Below, in pieces: positions 52,801 through 64,000 of a DNA stretch of 64,000 bases. Each line of letters opens with the position of its first letter. Within the stretch, counting starts at the first letter, position 1. Below the pieces are notes generated by a model. The model worked only from the letters and a program-made list of their open reading frames with translations. It had not been told where the DNA came from and did no database searches. The DNA is from Phoronis australis (taxonomy: Eukaryota > Animalia > Phoronida): positions 306,724 through 370,723 of the forward strand of contig NMRA01000321.1 of the NCBI GenBank assembly GCA_002633005.1. The letters run 5' to 3'. Position numbers and translations under genes: made by a program.

Positions 52801-55417
52801 CCTGTCAGACTACAGTAACTTAAAATTATAGTAATTCTACACTCATTCCACAAAAATTTCTTAAAAATGAAATTCTTAAATTCTATACTTTTCTAATAAT
52901 AATAATGTATATTATACATAATGGATTTTGTTATTAATATTAATGTTTGATCATGACACCTACAAAGTACAAACCATCCAACAATAGACTCAAGTGTTCT
53001 AGTCTTTATTTCTGAGCAGAAATTTGATGAACTGGAAATTCATTGTCGGTCATATTGTGTACTAAACGCAAGGAAAAATAGCAAGCTTTGACGAGTCGTT
53101 CTTCACAGTTCGATGGAGAATTCCCCTTGCACTCAGTTATCATGTTAAGGAATGCCAGGTCATGTTGTCATTTAGCGTATACTGGAGAATTACCATAATG
53201 TAAAAAAAACTAAATTTCTTATACACTAAACCATTTAAAAGCCATTCGAATGGGTAGATTCTAAAATTCGTAACCAGCTTACGTCATTCAGTGGAACTTT
53301 GAAAGCTATAAATCGAGTCTTCTGCACAGGCCGTCCGAAAATAGAGTATGCTTCCCACCTGAAAAGAAAAATTCAATATACAGTGACACATCCAGTTGCA
53401 GCCACAGTGACCAATTCAATGAATTTAAAAGGACAGAGTTTACGACAAAATCTGCACAATGCAGTCATGTTAAAACTGACTTCAACCTCTGAAAATGAAA
53501 ATTAGTGTGCATGACAGCATGGTTGGGTTAAGAGTTAGTATATATTATGTTCATTTGATCTCAGAAGCACATCTTTCCCTACAGTGTACTGGTGGATCTT
53601 GCACATGTCAGTCCCGTGTGAACAAACAAGAAAGTCGACTAAAATGATATCAGGAAAATCCGATTTGTAGGAAAGCGAATGAACGACATCAAATAATTAG
53701 CTGTCTCTCAGATTTAACTTAAGAGGTTTTCTGAATTTCATGTTGTAGAAATGTCTCACTTTTGCAGAATTTGCCTAATTGAACAATTTCTAGGATACTG
53801 CACATGGCTTCTTTATGACATTCGCATTTACGCATGTGCTAGAGAATTCAACATATAGTGGTACCAAGGCTCTTAGACAACGACCACAGTCTCTAGTTGA
53901 ACTACAGACAGTGTAGCTCCCATAGGAGCTTCATATGCTGGAAGCTTTTTGGCAAATTATGCCTCACACTGACTAAAACATCAACGTCAGATTGCTACAC
54001 AAATAAGTTTTGCGCATGGAGCGACACCTTAGGAGGTCGTCGATGTCTTTAATTCCACCCAACACCAGAAGATACTCCTGTTACCAAACTTTTTATTTCA
54101 GCAATCCCTCATTCAGTTCCCAAAATCAGTAAATGGCCAGTTTTACACCGTGCACGCCAGGGGATATGACGTCATACAGGCTGCCACATGCAGTGTTAAA
54201 AATGACCTATTACCGATTTTGGGAACTGAACAAAGGACTGCTCGAACAGAAAGCTTGATAATGGGTATGTTTGTTCAAGATAGGCAGATTTAAAGACATC
54301 AACGGCCTCCGAGAGTGTCCCTCTACGTGCAAAAGGTATTTATAACAATGTGATTTTGATGTCATTGTGAGGCATCATAGTAATTGGTTGAATAGTTTCC
54401 CACGTACGAAGGTCCTATGGGAGAGCTCTACACTATCTGTAGTTCAGAGACGGTGGTCACTGTCAACTAAGCTCCTAGCTGTATCTTGACAATAGTCATC
54501 ATACACTACATTCTACAGCTACCTGGCAGACTAGGTGCATACTAGAGGACCACAGATAAGCTTTAAACGATTGGGTAGATCGAAATACTAGTAAGCCTCT
54601 GTGCTATGATCAGCACGTAACCCTGGGCTGAGGCCAAGTTCTGGCTTGAAGAAATTGAAGATGTACTGAGACTGAGAACTTAACTTCCGACACGACGCTT
54701 ATGTCATGATAAACCTAGACAGTGACCACCAAAGACGGTGGAGCTCCTATAGGCGTTTCATACACCGGAAGCTTTTCGGAGAAGTATGTCTCACACTGAC
54801 TAAAACATCAAAACCACATTGCTATAAATATCTTTTGCTCACAAAGGGACACCATAGGAGGCCATCGATGTATGTAATTCCTTCCAATTCGAGCAAATAC
54901 TCCCGTTATCAAACTTTTTCTTCAAGCAGTCCCTCATTCAGTTCCCAAAATCAGTAACTCACTATTTTTAACACTGCGCATGCCAAGGGATATGATGTCA
55001 TACCACCTGAAGCACGCAGTTTTAAAAATGGTGAGTAACCGATTTTGAGAACAGAACGAGGGATTGCTCGAAGGAAAAGTTTGATATAGAGTATTTGTTC
55101 GATTTGGAAGGAATTAACATATTGACGGTGTCCCTCTATGCGCAAAAGGTATTTATAACTATGTAGCATTGATGTTTTAGTCAATGCGAGGCATAATTCG
55201 TCCAAAATCGACGTATGAGGGGCCTATAGGAGCTTCACTGTCTCGACTGCGGAGCCAGTAGACATGGTCACTGTCTGTGACTTAATCTTTAGTAATGAAC
55301 CGTGAACGTGAGGAAAGATATCCAGAGTGAAGGAGCAGTCGCCTGTTTAAAATGATGGATTGTCTCACAATATATCTTCGAAACGCACCTGTCTGGAACG
55401 GCATTTTTTCTACCCAT
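37288..55417 (-). CDS. DUSP11: RNA/RNP complex-1-interacting phosphatase (DUSP11/PIR1-like RNA 5'-phosphatase)
   Basis: Phase-consistent exons 55417-55389 (MGRKNAVPDR), 53358-53283 (WEAYSIFGRPVQKTRFIAFKVPLND), 52133-52002 (LGLIIDLTNTHRYY), 50835-50709 (KILTEGHQVP), 48441-48381 (IGVHCTHGVNRTGYLICR; duplicate 42011-41951), 44887-44777 (FNKARGHSIERE; duplicate 39898-39788), 37837-37288 (R/Y/D-rich tail, stop). HCTHG.NRTG P-loop with no following guanylyltransferase domain favours DUSP11 over RNGTT. Confidence 0.92.
38284..39010 (-). mobile_element. Penelope-like element remnant (GIY-YIG endonuclease, Naiad-like) in the last DUSP11 intron
   Basis: VVYEFVCPMNEC..CYIGQT..LSRWLSMHLQNGAIQDHF..LNVLESLLI, preceded out of frame by KIFYKNVMSNNY..IIYYRN; partial second copy from 43507. 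Confidence 0.8.
42183..43236. mobile_element. Helentron/HINE (DINE-like) non-autonomous element; second copy at about 48613-49680
   Basis: Starts AAACAAG; internal two-unit tandem repeat; (GACG)n microsatellite near the end, then a short hairpin GCGTCCAC..GTGGGCGT and an A-run. Confidence 0.65.
46694..48159 (+). mobile_element. Kolobok-like DNA transposon (TTAA TSD, ~158-bp TIRs, THAP-domain ORF; internal assembly gap)
   Basis: TTAA|AGGCGAAGGCAACC...GGTTGCCTTCGCCT|TTAA; TIRs 46694-46851 and 48002-48159; the other copy has the empty site cgcTTAAcac at about 41728. Confidence 0.85.
46959..47395 (+). pseudogene. THAP zinc-finger ORF of the transposon, with an in-frame stop
   Basis: MPHCCCVPEC..*HRFP..W..RVCGKHF..LKKDAIPS (C2CH THAP signature plus AVPT-like box); TAG at 47025-47027; runs into the N gap. 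Confidence 0.82.
48381..48441 (-). CDS. DUSP11: DUSP11 catalytic P-loop exon
   Basis: DLLIGVHCTHGVNRTGYLICR; acceptor ttttcag, donor AG|GCAAGT. Confidence 0.92.
49806..49907. repeat. 26-bp VNTR, 4 copies (1 copy in the duplicate segment at about 43364)
   Basis: GACCACAATATGGCGTATCATTTTAA. Confidence 0.85.
51515..52033. repeat. ~37-bp minisatellite derived from the DUSP11 exon 3 end and its splice donor, about 14 copies
   Basis: Unit TATACCTCTCTTGTATAGTATCTGTGTGTGTTAGTTA; the last unit is the coding exon end. Confidence 0.92.
52583..52816. repeat. 16-bp minisatellite, about 14.5 copies
   Basis: Unit CAGACTACAGTCCTGT. Confidence 0.95.
53874..54465. mobile_element. Foldback/MITE element, ~590-bp imperfect palindrome
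   Basis: Symmetric about TATGACGTCATA (54166-54177); arms include cagttcccaaaatc / gattttgggaactg. Confidence 0.75.
54716..55276. mobile_element. Second foldback/MITE element of the same family
   Basis: AGACAGTGACCA ... TGGTCACTGTCT ends; centre TATGATGTCATA at about 54991-55002. Confidence 0.75.
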
Positions 55418-55489
55418 GCCAAACTGTTTTCAGAAGAAAATATAGACAATGTAAAACTTTCGTGACACGCTCATTCTTTTTTCGAAGAA

Positions 55490-56010
55490 ACCGGAAGCAC
55501 TAATGGTAATGCGCCGCACCACGATCAATCTGAAAACTACATTTCGAATCCATCCCGTCGGATGCCTCCTCCGTCAGTGCTAATCATCTCCACCGCGTCG
55601 TGCGGGACTGGTTAGTATCAACCCGCCAGCGTGTTTAGCAGCGGCTCCCATCAATTCTCGGGCTCCTGATCCATCATAGAAATGACTCTAAAATGTCGAA
55701 TAGATCAGAATAGATAAAAAACTAGTGGACGTCGACTTTTCGCCGCCATATATAAGTCCCCACGCCGCCGGCCATGGCGATTTTGACCACCTTTTTTATG
55801 CATTCGGTTTCCAGGTACCCGTTTGGGTAACTTCAAACCGGTTGCGGTAAGAGGAAGCGGGAATCAGGATGCAAGGCAAATAAAGTCGTTGAACAGACCG
55901 TGACTGCCTCCCCGCCGGGCCCGGCGACCCCGGGCGCCACCGTGTGCCGGGTCGATCTGGATGTAGCCGGCGCTAACGTCCTCAGGTGCACGGTTGAAGT
56001 CAAACGGGGG
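55490..56010. promoter_or_regulatory. GC/CpG-rich promoter and 5' leader region upstream of DUSP11
   Basis: Local CpG enrichment directly upstream of the ATG at 55417; TATATAA at about 55749; CCGGAAG and GCCGCCAT motifs (ETS- and YY1-like). Confidence 0.5.
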
Positions 56011-59000
56011 TATTTTGTGTTTTCTGGCCAAATGAAATATGATTTTGGGTTAATGAGCCGTAAGAAGCTATCTTTTAACCTAAGAAATTCACTGAACATA
56101 GTAGACTGAATTACCACTACTTTAGTAGTATTTAATTCGACCGATGGAGTCCTGGTATTAGACACATACTGCAATAATGTCTTTTGTAATCGTTTGACAA
56201 TCTGGGAACCATTTGAAATCAGAAAGCTGCTGCTGTCGAAGGCAGCCTACATAGACATGAACCGTCCTGTCGGCCATGTGGCCTCGTTGTCATTGTTGCA
56301 CTTATGTAGCTTATGCTTCTCTACATCACTCAGCTGTTGTCACCGTCCATCACCGTCCATCACCGACCATCATCGTCCGCCCGAGATAGTTGAACAGTTG
56401 ATCTGAGCTCCAATAATGTGCGGTACAGAGCAATTACCGCCTTTAGCTGCAGTAAAATACTGGCTGAAATAAGGTGAATCGCCAAAGACAGAAACTGATA
56501 ATGTTTAATCTGCTTGGCATCTGAAATTGAATTCCTCGTGAGGAGTGTGTTTAGAGCACTTATTGCCAAAATGCTGCGGTAGCTTTTTTACATCTTGGCA
56601 ACAATTTTGAATCGATGAGTATTTATATTAATTAAGAGTGCATTCATCCATCGTGCAAGATAATTGACGGTTGCTTCGCGATATCAAAAGAACGAGCCTG
56701 GCGTTTTAGTAAAAGAAAGATTGTCATCACGAATTTGAATACCGGTGACGTGTGTCAGAAGTTGACTTTGTGCCAGGTACATGTATGCTGAGCATCAATC
56801 CCCCCTCCCTTGCAGAGGTTCTTGGTGTCTGTTGTAATTATGCTGAGTACGGCCAGTTGCATTTTGAAATAATTGATCAGACAATAAAGCTATCAGACAG
56901 TTGCAAAATGACGCCGCCACGCGCGGACTAGTTCATCTTACAACTCGCTTTGGGACAAAATGGGGGCCCATAAATTTTCCCTTTTCCCCTTGCTGATGAA
57001 AGGAATGTGCCAAATGACCCGCAAGAAAGCATATCTGTGCGTAATTTAAAATATGAAGGCGCTTAGGGTCGCTCTTGGTGCGCTCCAAAAATGAACCCTG
57101 CTCACCGTAAGGTGCAAATTTATCAAGTAGATTTAGTGACTTTCAGTTTCGATTTGAGTTATGTCAGTTCAAATTTAAATTTTACAAGAAAAGAGACAGC
57201 TTCATTTTATGCATCTTGAGTTGCTCTTTCACCTGATTTAGAGCGAAATGCAAAAGAGTTAAAACTAAAAATTCTGAGAACGTCGCTCGAAGAATATTTA
57301 GCCAATTTCCATGTTTAGAAACCGTAAAAGACGAACACAAAAAATAAATGAATCACTGAAACAAAAGAATGGAAGCTTCTCAGAACAGTTGTGAGATTTT
57401 GATTTATTTTTTCCAGAGTCTAAATTGTAGCTGTTATGTTAGTAGAATACATGTAGCGAGGCGGTTACATCCGAATGATTTGATGATTGGCTTGCTTACA
57501 GGGACAATTTGATACGTTTTACAGAGTCTTGAATGAAACATGCTGGATTTAGTTGTATTGTATTTTACTGTATTGCGTTCTGCTACAGATATGCACTGTG
57601 ATGCAATTACTACAATTACTACATGTATATGTTGAGTCGTTTCTATTACTCTTAGAATGCAAAATTTATTTGCAGTTTAAAATAAATAGATGCATGTAAA
57701 TTAAACATGTTAAAAATCTATTCTAGTTCAACGATATCAGCGTACCCCAGCAGAATAAAGATTTTGGAAAAAAAAAGTGTTTTCTTGCCACTAAACTCTA
57801 AGAACATCTACATGTATATACAAAAGAATCGTGTTCATTTTATGCTGAAAAACTGAGAACCCTAACAAAATAAAAGTCTTCGATGTCTTACCAAATGAGA
57901 ATTAAAAGTAGGCCACAGGTTTCACGTTTAAAGAGACACGAATCTCTGTATTCGCGTAAAATACTCAAACAGTACCGGGATTACGTCACAGCCAATATTG
58001 GCATGTATGACGCGGTGTTATAAGTGCGCGATAATTCACGTTCACGTCGCTTTGAGAAACCTCTCTAGCATCACAAAAATAAAGGAATTTTCATATTGTC
58101 GCTCTCTAGGCATCCGGGAACAAGAAGGTGACAGAAATTCAATTGCACAATGGTTCGTAAATATTAAAGTAGATTAATAAATTCCACTGACAGCCTCTCC
58201 CATTTTGTGATTAGTTAAAGTTCTCTAATAAATTTATTTAAACTTTTTGACACTGGCTGGGATAGAATCCCGCTTTATCAGCGACTGTGGGGGAAATGTT
58301 TGGATCAGGACGTCCTGGTTCATCAAATGATATTTCAAAGACTAAGTTGTCCTTTTTCGTAAGACGTTCATACATCCAATCTCACAGCACTGGAATTTGC
58401 CGACATTACAATAGCCTAGCTATTGCGGCATGCAAGGTTGTTTATAGCACTAGGTATACCTTTCGCATTAGCTGGGATCTTTAGGTGACACTGAATTTCC
58501 GCCCAGGACTCGTCGCCGTCTAGCGGATAAATGTGTGGCTGTTTCGAATGTACAAACCCCGTGACACCGTTGCAGCCGAAAAATACTTCACCTTCGCCCG
58601 TATGCCTATACTCATTGAACAGTATTACATCTGATTGGGATGCATTTCCGCCTGCAAAGCTAGGACAGCGGGGGTCTGCTTCCGCGTTGGAGATGCCCTC
58701 GTAAAAACTGTTTTCTCAGTGACATTTTGTGACCTAACAAGCACGACAGTAACGATTTCTGTTTTTTTTTAATGTTTGTTATGAAATCATCAGTACAATG
58801 AATATGCATTGCCCAGAAAGCGCCAAGAGGCATTGTATTTGGGTTAAATAAATGCAAAGAATTCTATATGCAATTATTTTACACAGATACATAAATTAAA
58901 AAATGACGTTAAGATTACAATGACATATGACTACGAATGTAAATAAATCCTTTTCATACACAATAAGTTATTTTACATGTATACAATTCTATCCACTCAC

Positions 59001-59029
59001 ACAAAGAGAAGTTTTGATAGTGTTTCGAA

Positions 59030-59720
59030 TAAAACCTGTTTTTCATTTGGGTTGAGTTATTTACATCCGTATAGTAAAAAAATGATTTTGTTGTACATTT
59101 GAGGAATATCAGAATATTTTTAAACATTGAGGTATTTTTCGAGTGTGTGGAAAAGCTGTACCGGCTGTGCTCTCTGCACCTCTAAAGCCAACAATACATG
59201 AGCATTTATCTGCATGTCTCCACAGTAACACAGCGGAGGAATATTGTTAAATTATGTCTACATTTCTCGTTGTTTAAGAATAGATCGCATCTTGGCCTGC
59301 ATAGGATTATTTCAGGTTTGCGAGGAAGTTGGAATGATGTCAATGGGACTGGCAAGTCTTGAGTAGTGGCATGCAGTTTAAAGTTATTTTTGAGAGTGAC
59401 GACAGAAGTGCTTTATTTTATTTTGGATGGTAAGGAATTCTAGTTGTCAATGCAATTAAATTAATATCGTAGATCTGGCTTGTATTGGCTGAGGGAAGAT
59501 TGTATAGTGCCGCAGTCCTGGTCTTGTCTTATGTCTTTTGTAGACGTGCTTGAATAATTGTTGATGTTGTTTAATACTTTGAATGTATACATGGACAAAT
59601 GGAGTTTACGACGGGTTGCTAGTTTGCTCCAGGTGAGACTATTTAGAACCTTGATTGTGTTGGATCCTTTGTATGCTCCTGTTATGGCTAAAACTGCCTG
59701 GTATTGTAGTAACGATGTCA
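59030..59720 (-). mobile_element. 5'-truncated CR1/L2-group LINE remnant (ORF2 C-terminus)
   Basis: LQYQAVLAITGAYKGSNTIKVLNSLTWSKLATRRKLHL matches the post-RT motif (QY.AA..ITGA..G.....L...L.W..L..RR); degenerate downstream. Confidence 0.75.
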
Positions 59721-61036
59721 ACACCAGTGGGGTGCATTTAATTGCCATTGGCATCGGACTTGTCATTGTTTTGTACACATAGCAGTTAAAAGCTGTAATC
59801 ACATCCAGACCACGACGATGTCCTGTAAAGCAACGAGATTTTTAAGCAAACTGACAAATCAGTAGATCACACAAGGTGGGGTTATATAATGCTATTCTAT
59901 TTGAACAAAGGGTGATTCAGTGAAGGTTAATCAGACGTGGAGTAGTTCCTCACACACTTCTCACATTCAGGGTATATTGCTCTCGGTGACCGTATTTAGA
60001 GCAGACTGGCAAACATTCTTAACGAATCAGGTCGCCGCAGGTGTAATAATCCCTATTTTGTGAAGTGCTGTATAAAATGTGGGTAATGGCATTTCAATAT
60101 TTCGCGTCGTGATTTTGGATGGTATTCATGGTGTAGGCCTACCCCAATACGCGATTCGTGAATTTATATTTCCCTTTAAAAAGTCCGATGACGTACAGTG
60201 TAGTGATGACCATGACTTGCGGCAAAAAATTGTTTCGTGGAAGAGCGAGAAACTGTTTTACTTTTGAGTAGAACAACTTTTCGCAAGTTCTGCTTCTTCT
60301 CTCCCACGCATCTTGGTTAGTTTTGTTCATGGTGATGGGCTCAAGATGCGCGCACTAGAAAGTGCAGTTGGAATCACAGCCAGTATGGGGTCTGGCGGAC
60401 GTGTCGCATAGGGGTTCCCTGTTGACGGGTAATGGGATGGAAACGAAATGAACTCCACTGTCCTCCTCGGCTGCAGGCGCAACATACAGAAAATTGGGAC
60501 CAATTCCAATTCTTTCAAGTGCACGGCCACCACCGGCACGACGGTAATCATTTAAATGGCAATCAATATTGACCCGAAAGTCGAGGCACGAAAGCCAGGG
60601 CGGTGCTACATGTACATATACGGTAATCCGACTGCTATAAAAACTCTTCCGAGAGTTTCTAAATCGCCATGTAGAGTATCATGCTAAGTATGCTTGAGTT
60701 CCCAACAACCTGCCAACAATGAATTGAAAACGAGGTATCGATTCACCACACTGATTCACGAAACCCGTCAGGTGTCTAAAGGTCGCGACATTACAATGTG
60801 TTTTATTTGACAACATTAATTGAGAAGTGCCACGGTTTCAACTCAGTGAAATGCGCTTTAGAAGGTGACACTAAGCGAAGGTCGTGTTTGTTCTGTACAT
60901 GTATAAGTTGGTTGCTGGTTTTAAACTGGAGTTTCAAAATTTTGTGGCCAAGCTTTCCATCCGACTACATGACGAGACGTGGTCTTGGTCAGTACTGAGT
61001 GTCAGCCGTCTCACTTGAACTCAGACATGGTTTGCG

Positions 61037-63679
61037 ATGGCACGTCGTTTAGTGCGCCGGACAGCTCTGACCGTATTTCTTTCCGGAATTACCGTGTTGG
61101 CTGCTTGGAGGTATTTGATGTTGGCGGTGTTTATTGCAAATTCGACGCCAGAGCACAGTGAAGGTGGGCATTTACTTTATAATTGGCATTGCCAAAAAAC
61201 TGAACGTGGAGTCACAGGCTTTGCGCTCGTTTGGTTAATTTTAAGTTTCACATGTGACGAGTTATGAATTCTTTCCTAGATCTAAACCCTGCATGGAGGT
61301 TTAAACGAAATAATTGCTTTTGATAAAGCCATGCTCCACGTATTTTAGTGAGAGACTGACTTATAGCTTGCAAGTCTGATTTACGCAGGTGCTAACTAGT
61401 TAAAGACTTTTTTGTAAGATTAGCGGTATGATTTAAATGGGATGATTAATTTTTATCAAACCTCTCATTTTATGTTTTGTGATACTGCTGACTTAGTTTG
61501 AAGTTATGGCGCAACACGCAAGTTAAAACGATGGTAAACTTACTTATTTTTAGTGAGACAGGCTCTAGCCTGTGGGGGATTTAGAGGGCGGCTAAGGGGG
61601 CCATGCCCCCTACAATTCTCCCAGATTCCATTTGGTAGTTCGGGGGAGCAAATGTCTCACGAGGAACCTCCTGGCTAATACTCTGCCCTGGCTCCCCTAA
61701 CTCATAATCCTGGATCCGCCCCTGCTAGCAGTACTCTCACACAATATCCCTCGATCTGCTTAGCAAAAGTTCATCTCCATGATAACAGTGAATCCCAGAC
61801 TGAATTTTAGGTATGAAATTGCGTTTAGCTGCATTTGTTATAATCAAATATGTGGTCACCTAATTTATTAGGCTGGACAATTTCGCCAAATAAAACGATC
61901 AGTAATATACAGGTGGCATGTAAACGCAGACGCGGTAACAATGCGTCACTGGTGTCTTAGTAGATGAAAACATCCCTTCCCTGTCAGCGAAGAGCTCATT
62001 AATGGTCGCACCAATGTCGGTGGAAATAATGTTATTGTATTCTTTAGTTGAAGAAGGGTTCGTTGTCAAGAAAGCAGCTGATCTGCCATCGCCCATTGAC
62101 CGCAGAATCGCCATTAAAGATAGTTACATAGGATGCTGGATTGAGACTATGAGAAAAGATTTTCAACCAACTGAAAGATGGCACGTGGGTGACGAGACAC
62201 TGGCGGAGTGTTCCGCTGTCTGCGCCCGGAAAGGTTTTGCATTTGCTGCAATGAAGGTACAGAAATGAATCTAATAGAAGCTGACGAGAAACATGCCCTG
62301 TCTCAAAGTGCAGGCTCTGTATAATAAATGTCGTCATCACTAAAATAAATTTCGGAATATTTCGAACATAACAACCATACATGTTAACTTTATGTTTGCA
62401 CTGTCTACTGACTTCTTTTAGTTCATGACAAGCTGTACTAAGTAATATCAATTTATTGTTAAAGCCTTGGCGTTGCGCCTGAAATTCGAAATTAATCTTA
62501 AAAAGTCCATATTGAATGCATTTATTTTGAATAAAATGACATCAACAATAAATTAACAACCTTCTTTTCAGGCGTTCATTGTTCGATATTAAATTTTAAA
62601 TAACGTCGTCGCATTCTTATCGTATATATGACTGGCTCAAATTGATTGCCATAAAATGTACGGAATTCACCTGCCTGTCAGCCATCCACCAAACAATACT
62701 CCGTTACAACCAAATTGAAGTTGCCTGATCAAAACAATAACGAGCTGCAAGTTGTTTATGTCTTGAAATCAGTCAAAATAACTCGAACTAACGAAGTAGC
62801 TGTTTGTGGTCTGAGGTTCCAACTTAAGCAAGTCTGATAAACATTAGTTGTAACATTCAATATTTATGCCTTTTGCGGAATTTAAAATACTTTTAAAACG
62901 TTTTTAATTTAAAAAGAAAGTTAGATAACCGTCTTATTTACCATGTCTGCACATTATCAAGCGTTGTTTGTTCAATATGTCTGGGCTATTGTAGCCGTCA
63001 GCTTGAATTTCCTGATTCACTGTATTAGTCACACAAGACTGTAATCTGTGTTTGACTGGTTAAAGAAACGCTATTGTATGATGACATCATAAATTCCTGC
63101 CCGATACAAAAGCGTATCGGCCCATCGAACAATGTTGTGGAAAACGTGACTTTCCATAGCAGACGATGGTCCCTCACTCACGGCGAAATAATTCGTCACA
63201 TAATGATACCACGAACGCGTTCGAACGTAAATCGCAGGCAGTCTGAGAAGCGACTGTTCTTAGTTTTGAGCGCCTGGATGATTATTAAATAGTCCCGTTT
63301 TAACTTCACACCTGCTCCGAGGATGGGGTGAGGAGAAACAAAAATATTTACGGAAGCTTTGTATACAGTAGTGCGCACGTAAGCAAAGACAACTCATTCT
63401 CACCGGTCGCTAAAACGAGCTTTTGCTTTGTAATCGAAAAGCTAATTAAAAAAAATGCCTCGCCATATTACGAATACTATACCATGTCTACTGAGTGGGA
63501 CTTAGTTTGGGGATCGTTCATTTGTGTTTGTATTTTGCTTTAGACTGGAAAGGAATGTATTTGTGAGATGGATATCATGGGTTACAGACCGGCAGCCATC
63601 AACAACTGCGTACAACTATGCCCTGGTGACTTCATGTCAGTTTGCGGAGGAACATTTGCAGCGAGCATTTACTTTATAG
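61037..63679 (+). CDS. WSC-domain type II membrane protein (WSCD-family-like), 3'-partial
   Basis: Phase-consistent exons 61037-61163 (basic N-terminus and hydrophobic anchor), 62048-62256 (YIGCW..ECSAVCARKGFAFAAMK) and 63544-63679 (TGKECIC..CVQLCPGD..CGG..SIY) give the 8-Cys WSC pattern; continues beyond the window. Confidence 0.85.
61570..61724 (-). mobile_element. MITE, CAGGGGCGGATCC family, reverse orientation, TSD CTAGC
   Basis: ctagc|CTGTGGGGGATTTAG ... GGATCCGCCCCTG|ctagc. Confidence 0.85.
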
Positions 63680-63785
63680 GTAAGTTAAACCTGTGAACGA
63701 CAGTCGCCAGGTGGCGACTACGCTCGGGCCTCGAGTCGAGACACTCAAAGAACTGCCAAACAACTTGACGTAGAACGGACATTTT

Positions 63786-64000
63786 CAGCCGATTTCATAA
63801 AGGTGGTTTGAAATTAAACCTGGTTTGAACTGCACTTTGACCAGGTTTAAAGATAATCTGTAATTCATAAAGGTGCCTTAACTTTTAGACCAGTGGTCTA
63901 GTAAAACCTGGTTTAACTCCAGTTTAGACTGGTCTATGTCAGTTTTCATTTCACCAACGAGGTCTATATTCTTTAGACCTGTATTAAGATCTTAAACTAG
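63786..64000. mobile_element. Probable MITE start with AAACCTGGTTT subrepeats
   Basis: ttcataaaggtg occurs twice, with several aaacctggttt palindromes; truncated by the window end. Confidence 0.45.

Noticed and set aside
52507-52823. Repetitive ORFs (TTVLSDYSPVRLQSCQ)n
   Set aside because: Translation of a 16-bp minisatellite in a DUSP11 intron.
37288-55417. mRNA capping enzyme RNGTT
   Set aside because: The triphosphatase domain is followed by a low-complexity tail and a stop, not a guanylyltransferase domain.
55826-55845. CTTCAAACC resembling the tRNA-Sec anticodon loop
   Set aside because: The flanks do not form an anticodon stem and no cloverleaf is present.
60079-60551. Short ORFs upstream of the WSC gene
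   Set aside because: No recognisable motif or consistent splice structure; probably decayed repeat sequence.

Overview
AT-rich animal genomic DNA (spliceosomal introns; probably a marine lophotrochozoan invertebrate, which is an inference) from a draft assembly of a highly heterozygous genome. Four intron-containing genes were reconstructed by hand. (1) The 3' part of a chitin synthase with two tandem SAM domains (+, 473-20336; some transmembrane exons are missing). (2) An uncharacterised secreted protein with possible PQQ-like beta-propeller motifs (+, 27791-36778). (3) A DUSP11/PIR1-like RNA 5'-phosphatase (-, 55417-37288). (4) The 5' part of a type II membrane WSC-domain protein (+, from 61037). 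Introns and intergenic DNA contain satellites, MITEs, a Helentron-type element, Penelope and LINE remnants, and a TTAA-targeting THAP-encoding Kolobok-like transposon. Four segments are duplicated head-to-tail around single N bases and look like uncollapsed haplotypes, so allelic differences can be read directly. They show an empty versus filled Kolobok site and four separate TA versus TACATGTA differences. TACATGTA is also strongly enriched across the window, which points to a pervasive transposon-footprint-like mutational process. The three ~1030-aa ORFs are artefacts of a 26-bp satellite.
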